Part shown: in pieces, positions 58,279 to 64,000 of the stretch
How positions within the stretch are numbered: the first letter of the stretch is position 1
Layout: every line of letters starts with the position of its first letter
The notes under the pieces: model-generated
The model's database searches: none
Told to the model about the DNA's origin: nothing
What the model saw: only the letters and a program-made list of their open reading frames with translations
Source of the DNA: Rhynchopus sp. YZ270_cl-10
Taxonomy: Eukaryota
Reading direction: 5' to 3'
Assembly (NCBI GenBank): GCA_964035575.1
Contig: OZ037837.1
Span: 1,240,001-1,304,000, forward strand
DNA: 64,000 nucleotides
Position numbers and translations under genes: made by a program

Positions 58279-61200
58279 ATGGGGTCCGGAGCGTCGAAGC
58301 CTGAAAAGGATGAGATTGCAAAGGCAATTGCAGGGAAGGAGAGGCCCGTGGACGCAGTGGACAGCGTGGACGGGAGGACAATGCTGCACAGTGCCGTGCT
58401 TGCGGGGGATGTGGAGGCAGTGCGGTTTCTTGTGGTGAATGGTGCAGGGAACGTGTGTGACAGGGACGGGAAGGTGCCGCTGTGGTACGCACTGCAGCAC
58501 AGGGACGCGGATGTGCGGGGGCGACTTGAGGCGGAGCTGGGGGCGCATGCAGCAGAGATCCTTGGTGAGGTGGAGGATGCTGTGCAGGTGTACCTCACTG
58601 ACGGTGTTGCGACAACAACAACAGCAACAGCAGATGTGGACGTGGAACGGAGCAGTGGAGATGCAACGACAGGAGGAAATGCCGTGGACACACACATGAA
58701 GAATGACACGAACACCTCTGCAGACAGACAGTTGGGAGAGGATGACGGGGACACGGAAACACTGCGTCGCACAGACGGGCGGAAGGTGGAGTGGCTGCGG
58801 AAGGAGGACAACAACACCAGCAGCAGCAGCAGCACCGGCAGCAGCAGTGGTGGAAGAGAGCTGCTGTGCTGGCTGCGTGGTCTTCCAAAGGTGGATCCGC
58901 CGTTGGGCTACACAGACGAACACGTGCGGCACATGGAGGGTGGGTTCCGTGTGGTGTGCAAGCGTCTGCTGGAGGACATCAGAAGACGGAGGGAGGCTGC
59001 GGGGACACGTGGTGGGCACGTGGAGGTGGATGACTGGATGGCGGCACGTGACCCGTTTGAGCTGCTGCTGTCGGGATTCCTGTTCACGTCTGACTGTGTG
59101 GAGTATGTGCTGAGCACTGGGGGTGTTGTGTGCGACAAGCAGGGGGCACCAGAGATCACCGTTGGGCCTGACGGGAAGCTGCGGTACATCCGTCTGACGG
59201 AGCGGGCTGTGCTGGACCACCACGGGAGTGCTGCTGAGTCACAGTCGCTTGCACTGTACGCAACGATGAACACTGCGATGCGTGCTGTGGGGTGGCTGCC
59301 TGCGGTGAAGGAGTGGAAGGGGACGGCAGCACCGAACGTGTTTGAGCTGTCACCCGCACCCCCGCAGCTGCACGTGATTGCGACCTTTGCGCCGCTGATC
59401 CGTGGTCTGGACCGGCTGATTGGGAGCCGTCGGAAGCAGTTGCGAACTGTGTTCCGTGGGATCAATGTGAACGTGTCTGCGAAGTACGCGTTGGGGACGC
59501 ACATTGTGTGGAACTGCTTCACGTCGACAACACTGAAGCGGGATGTGGCTCGGAGCTTCATGTACGGGAAGGGGGGCACGTTCTTTGTGGTGGTGGCGAA
59601 GGAGGGTGCTGCAGACGTGAAGTTCTCTTCTGTGTATGCTGGGGAGGACGAGCTGCTGTACACAGCGAACATCGAGTACCGTGTGCAGTGGAAGCTTTCG
59701 CCGACGTTGCTGCGGATGATGGGGCTGCGCTTTGACGTGATTGTGATGCAGGAGGTGTGTTCTGGTGTGGGGGAGACGAGTGCGGCTGAGCAGGTGGGTG
59801 CGCTGCAGGAGGTGATGGGACACACAGTCGCGTTCTTCGAGGACTACCTTGCGCAGTACGTGGAGGGGCGTGTGGGCGACGACACACGTGTGAAGGAGGA
59901 GGAGACACGTCCGCTGATGGAGGAGGTGCGGAGGTGGCTTCGTGCACGTGGAGGTGGAGGTGGGAAGCATATGTCTTCCGTGTTCACACAGGCAGAAGCG
60001 GGTACAGAGTGCAAGCCTGATGTGAATGCTGGAGAAGAGCCACAAGTTGGTGTGCTGTGTGTGATCGGAGAAGGAGGGAGCGGGAAGACGTCTGCTTCGA
60101 TTGCAATTCTGAGCGACCTTGCAACGTCTGCGAGGAAAAACAGCAACAAGGACAGCGACAGCAACAAAGAGGGGGGTGCAAAGCCGTACTTCCCTGTGTT
60201 TGTGGCGCTCCCGACAGTGAAGCAGCACCTGCTTGAGAAGGGAGGGCTGGACAGGTTTGTGCTGGAGTCGTTTGCGCTGCGGGAGGCGGACCGTGCGTAC
60301 CTTGCGGAGACGTACGAGGTGGTGCTGGTGCTGGACTCGCTGGACGAGGTGGGGCTGACGCAGGAGGATGTGGGTGCTGTGGTGGCTGAGGGTGGCCTTC
60401 TGTGCCGGCACCCGTGGGTGGAGGCACACTGCAGCGTTGTTGTGACTGTGCGTGGTGAGTACCTGAAGAGCGTCAATGTTTTCCCGTCTGGTGTATGCGG
60501 AGCTAGTGTGCGTGCTGTGTACATGCAGCCGTTCACAGAGGTGGATGCGAGAACGTACATCGAGCGTGCAAACACAGCCTGGGAGAAGGAACACAAGAAG
60601 GACGGCACATCAGAGGAAGCAGTGCGAGCAGTCTTCGTGCGTGAGGAGGACGTTGAGGGACTTGTGCAGCTGCGGAACCCGTTTGTGCTGCACATGGCGT
60701 GCCACGCACAGTGCAGCGGGAAGGCTTCTGAGGAAGTGATCTACGAGACCTACCTGGAGACGTGGACGAAGAAGGAGATGGCGTCTGGTGCCGGTGCTGA
60801 AGACCTGTCTTTGGAGGATGTGGTGCGTGCAGGGGAGCTTGTTGCATGCAGGATGCTGGAGACAAACGAGTGGCAGGGGACTGTGGGTGTGGCGTCGCAG
60901 ATTCTTGATTCGCAGCACGGTGTGTGTGAGGCTGTGCGGGATGCGTGCTTCCGCTGCCTGCCGTTCCGGATTGAGGACTTTGGGGAGGAGCGGAGTGCGT
61001 TCACATTCCGGCACAAGTCGCTTGGGGAGCACCTTGCAGCACGGCGGCTTGCACGTGATCCAGCAGGGACACTGGGGACACTGGTGCAGCGGAGCTTCAG
61101 CAAGGACTCGCAGCGTGTGCTTGGTTTCTTTGCGGCGCTGGTGTGTGGAGACAGTGGGCTGTACGAACGTGCCTGCACAGAGCTGCTTACGGTTGTGAAG

Positions 61201-63348
61201 GCGACACGTGGAAGTACAGGTGCGGGCGAGGGTGCTGTGACAGCAGGGTCGAATGCAGCAGCACTGCTGGCACGTGCACGCATCCCTGTGAGTGGGGAGG
61301 ATCTGAGCGGGATCCGTGTGTCGAACTGCGACCTGCGCGGGTCTCTGTTTGTGGAGACGGCGCTGACAGGCGCTTCCTTCTCAAACTGCTGGCTGGAGCA
61401 CACTGAGTTCCACACCTGCGACATGGGTGGCACGATGCTGCCTGACTGCTCCCTTGGGGCACCACTTCCCCCATTTCGCCAAACGAGCCAGATAATTAGT
61501 TTGTCACTTACCCCTGACGGGGCTCAAGCAGTTACTGCCGCTTACGACAACACTCTGCGTGTGTGGAGCATGTCGACTGGAAAAGAAGTGATGGTACTGG
61601 AGGGCCACAACGAGGAGGCACGTGTCACAGTGACACCTGACGGAACACGCATAGTTTCCTGCTCCAATGACAAGACCGTGCGTGTGTGGGACATCCACAC
61701 TGGGGAGGCAGTGTTCGTCTTGGAAGGGCACAGCGATTTCGTTGCAGATGTGGCAGTCACCCCGGACAGTTCCAAAATCGTGTCATGCTCGAAGGACAAC
61801 ACCATTCGTGTGTGGGATCTCTCCACCGGGAAGGTAGCGCTGACGATAGAGGCATCTGACATACAGAAAGTTGTCATCACACTCGACGGATGTCGAATTG
61901 TGTCATCCTCAGCGAATGTGCTCCACATATGGGACCTGGCGACGGGGAAGCAGCTCATGCTATTGGAGGGACATACCCGCGCTGTACAGGGCCTGGCAGT
62001 CACTCCGGACGGATGCCACGTGGTCTCATGCTCGTATGATCGTACAGCACGCCTCTGGAGCCTTTCCACTGGGGAGGAGGTGATGGCGTTCGACAGCGAT
62101 TTTGGGTTGCAGTCGGTAACCGTCACACCCGATGGATGCCATGTAGTTGCGGGGTCTGCCAACTACACGATTTGCATCTGGAGCGTGTCAACGGGGAGGG
62201 TGGTGACGGTCTTGGAGGGGCATACCTTCAAGGTGATGGGTGTTGCCGTGACACCAGATGGATGCCACGTGGTGTCTGCCTCTTGCGATAAGTCTGTGCG
62301 CGTGTGGGACATCATGGCTGGGAAGGAGACTCTCGCTCTGCAGAGCCACCTCTTCATCGTGAACAGTATTGCAGTCGTCTCTGATGCATCTCTCCTATCA
62401 TGCTGCCACAATGTGATGTCCACATGGAACCCATCCACGGGCAAGCAGATCCAGCTGTTCGAAGGGCACACCGATACCATATGTGATGTAGCCGTGTTCC
62501 CGGACGGATCTCATGTTGTTTCTGGCTCTGTGGACATGACACTACGTGTGTGGAACAGTGAGACCGGCAAGGAGGTGCCTTTCCGCAATCCCAACGAGAA
62601 GGTGGTCCATGCAGGTCACATACGGTCCGTGGCAGTGTCACCTGACGCGTCTCACGTGGTATCAGGTTCCGCAGACAAGACTGTCCGTGTGTGGAGCCTG
62701 TCGACTGGGAAGGAGGTATCCGTGTTTGATGCAACCTCAAGCGACGTCAATGGAGTCGTAGTGACTCCTGATGGAGTGCATGTGGTTTGCGCCATCGCCA
62801 AAACCGTGTGCATGTGGACACTGCACACTGGTGCGGAGACAATGGTGTTCGAAGGGCATACCGACCGAGTTGTGCGTGTGGCTGTGACCCCCGATGGGTC
62901 TCGTGTTGTTTCATGCGCGTGGGACCAGACCGTGCGTGTGTGGGACGTCGCCAGCGGGAAGGAGGTGCACACCCTATTAGGGCTTTCTTCCGATCCGTTT
63001 GGGGTGGCAGTGACACCCGACGGAGCGCACGTCGTGTCGTCCGCTGCAGACGGCACTGTGCATGTATGGAGCATCACTACTGGCGAGGAGGTGGCTGTGA
63101 TCCATGGGGATTGTGCTGCATTGCGCAGTATTGCTGTGAGCCCCGATGGACGTGAGGTGATGTGTTGTTCCGAAAAATGCGTGCGCGTGTGGAGCATTTG
63201 CAGGGAAGACGGCACGATTGATGGGAAGACGAGGTTGAAGAGAGTGATCGGTGCCCCTGCCACAGTTCCTCGTGCATCAGGCTGTCGCAATGCTGATGCT
63301 GTGGAGCCCGAGCTTGCGAGACGGATTCTTCTGGACAAGAAGGTGTGA
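58279..63348 (+). CDS. NLR-like STAND protein: ankyrin - ADP-ribosyltransferase - NACHT - pentapeptide - WD40 (about 13-14 repeats)
   Basis: MGSGAS start; GRTMLHSAVLAGDVEAVRFLVVNGA; ART VFRG (~59452), FTSTT (~59520), GEDELLY (~59641); Walker A GEGGSGKT (~60067), Walker B LVLDSLDE, RNPFVL, FRHKSLGEHLAA; DLSGIRVSNCDLRGSLF pentapeptides; GH..V..VAVTPDG..VVS.S.D.TVRVW repeats. Confidence 0.95.
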   Translation: MGSGASKPEKDEIAKAIAGKERPVDAVDSVDGRTMLHSAVLAGDVEAVRFLVVNGAGNVCDRDGKVPLWYALQHRDADVRGRLEAELGAHAAEILGEVEDAVQVYLTDGVATTTTATADVDVERSSGDATTGGNAVDTHMKNDTNTSADRQLGEDDGDTETLRRTDGRKVEWLRKEDNNTSSSSSTGSSSGGRELLCWLRGLPKVDPPLGYTDEHVRHMEGGFRVVCKRLLEDIRRRREAAGTRGGHVEVDDWMAARDPFELLLSGFLFTSDCVEYVLSTGGVVCDKQGAPEITVGPDGKLRYIRLTERAVLDHHGSAAESQSLALYATMNTAMRAVGWLPAVKEWKGTAAPNVFELSPAPPQLHVIATFAPLIRGLDRLIGSRRKQLRTVFRGINVNVSAKYALGTHIVWNCFTSTTLKRDVARSFMYGKGGTFFVVVAKEGAADVKFSSVYAGEDELLYTANIEYRVQWKLSPTLLRMMGLRFDVIVMQEVCSGVGETSAAEQVGALQEVMGHTVAFFEDYLAQYVEGRVGDDTRVKEEETRPLMEEVRRWLRARGGGGGKHMSSVFTQAEAGTECKPDVNAGEEPQVGVLCVIGEGGSGKTSASIAILSDLATSARKNSNKDSDSNKEGGAKPYFPVFVALPTVKQHLLEKGGLDRFVLESFALREADRAYLAETYEVVLVLDSLDEVGLTQEDVGAVVAEGGLLCRHPWVEAHCSVVVTVRGEYLKSVNVFPSGVCGASVRAVYMQPFTEVDARTYIERANTAWEKEHKKDGTSEEAVRAVFVREEDVEGLVQLRNPFVLHMACHAQCSGKASEEVIYETYLETWTKKEMASGAGAEDLSLEDVVRAGELVACRMLETNEWQGTVGVASQILDSQHGVCEAVRDACFRCLPFRIEDFGEERSAFTFRHKSLGEHLAARRLARDPAGTLGTLVQRSFSKDSQRVLGFFAALVCGDSGLYERACTELLTVVKATRGSTGAGEGAVTAGSNAAALLARARIPVSGEDLSGIRVSNCDLRGSLFVETALTGASFSNCWLEHTEFHTCDMGGTMLPDCSLGAPLPPFRQTSQIISLSLTPDGAQAVTAAYDNTLRVWSMSTGKEVMVLEGHNEEARVTVTPDGTRIVSCSNDKTVRVWDIHTGEAVFVLEGHSDFVADVAVTPDSSKIVSCSKDNTIRVWDLSTGKVALTIEASDIQKVVITLDGCRIVSSSANVLHIWDLATGKQLMLLEGHTRAVQGLAVTPDGCHVVSCSYDRTARLWSLSTGEEVMAFDSDFGLQSVTVTPDGCHVVAGSANYTICIWSVSTGRVVTVLEGHTFKVMGVAVTPDGCHVVSASCDKSVRVWDIMAGKETLALQSHLFIVNSIAVVSDASLLSCCHNVMSTWNPSTGKQIQLFEGHTDTICDVAVFPDGSHVVSGSVDMTLRVWNSETGKEVPFRNPNEKVVHAGHIRSVAVSPDASHVVSGSADKTVRVWSLSTGKEVSVFDATSSDVNGVVVTPDGVHVVCAIAKTVCMWTLHTGAETMVFEGHTDRVVRVAVTPDGSRVVSCAWDQTVRVWDVASGKEVHTLLGLSSDPFGVAVTPDGAHVVSSAADGTVHVWSITTGEEVAVIHGDCAALRSIAVSPDGREVMCCSEKCVRVWSICREDGTIDGKTRLKRVIGAPATVPRASGCRNADAVEPELARRILLDKKV

Positions 63349-64000
63349 GTGCGCTCTGGGGCGTTCTTCTGCGTTGCCTCTACCAATGCGAATGCAGTCT
63401 GAGTGACGCTGCTAGGTCTTCATCAGCAGGTGAAGCAGTCGCGTAGGGTAAGAGCATCCCCTGGCACATTAAAGTGTGCAAGCCTGTGTAATATTTCCTA
63501 CTTTTTACTTCTTTACCTTTCCAGTTCGGGAGGATCTTGTCTTATTGTTCCGTTTTACAACGGGAGGAAGCGTTCAGCACTTTGCATAGTTACACAGTTA
63601 CAAAGCTTTCAGAAATAAATTTGACTTGAAATACGTTGACCAGGTTGACACCTGGTAAACAAAACAAAAGTTACACAGTTACACCTTCAATTGTATTATT
63701 TTTATGCCTCACTGTGCATATCCGTGTTAACACTTTCATCAGGGTCCACTTTGGGTAAACCACTTGTCCATAAAAATAGTTTTTGTTTCATTCTTGTCCA
63801 AATAAGGCGGATTTCGGGATTTTTGGAGTAACTTTGGCGACTTTTTTTGGACTCCGAACATATTTAGAGTCGTGGAGAGCAAATGGGTTGGGTGGAGTGC
63901 ACAAAAAAGGTGAAAAGAAAGAGCCAAGAGTGCAGCCTTGGACAGGTCCATAGCAACACATTCTTTGCGGATACCACTTTTGTTTTTGATTTTAGTAGCC

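Overview
Repeat-rich eukaryotic (protist-like, possibly euglenozoan/diplonemid; taxon is inference only) nuclear window with one 200-N gap (34189-34388). All recognisable host genes are on the + strand and several look conflict- or immunity-related: a ubiquitin-like + BspA-type LRR + CaaX protein with a decayed paralog, a truncated UBL-WD40 gene, a ~2660-aa protein (RIIa/Dpy-30-like N-terminus, R-S-E ADP-ribosyltransferase, LRR/ankyrin-like parts, macrodomain-like C-terminus, one predicted GT-AG intron), and a 1689-aa NLR-like STAND protein (predicted myristoylation - ankyrin - ADP-ribosyltransferase - NACHT - pentapeptide - WD40). Mobile DNA includes an apparently intact tyrosine-recombinase retrotransposon (32980-40064) with split direct repeats arranged A-gag-pol-B-A-YR-B and gag and pol in one frame separated by a single UGA-CUG, an intact DD37E Tc1-like transposon nested in a MITE, two inverted copies of an element inserted at the same phase of a (CCCAGTA)n satellite, and many MITEs sharing GNA-triloop mini-hairpin modules. 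No rRNA, tRNA or CRISPR array was recognised. All domain calls are by-eye motif recognition, not database results.
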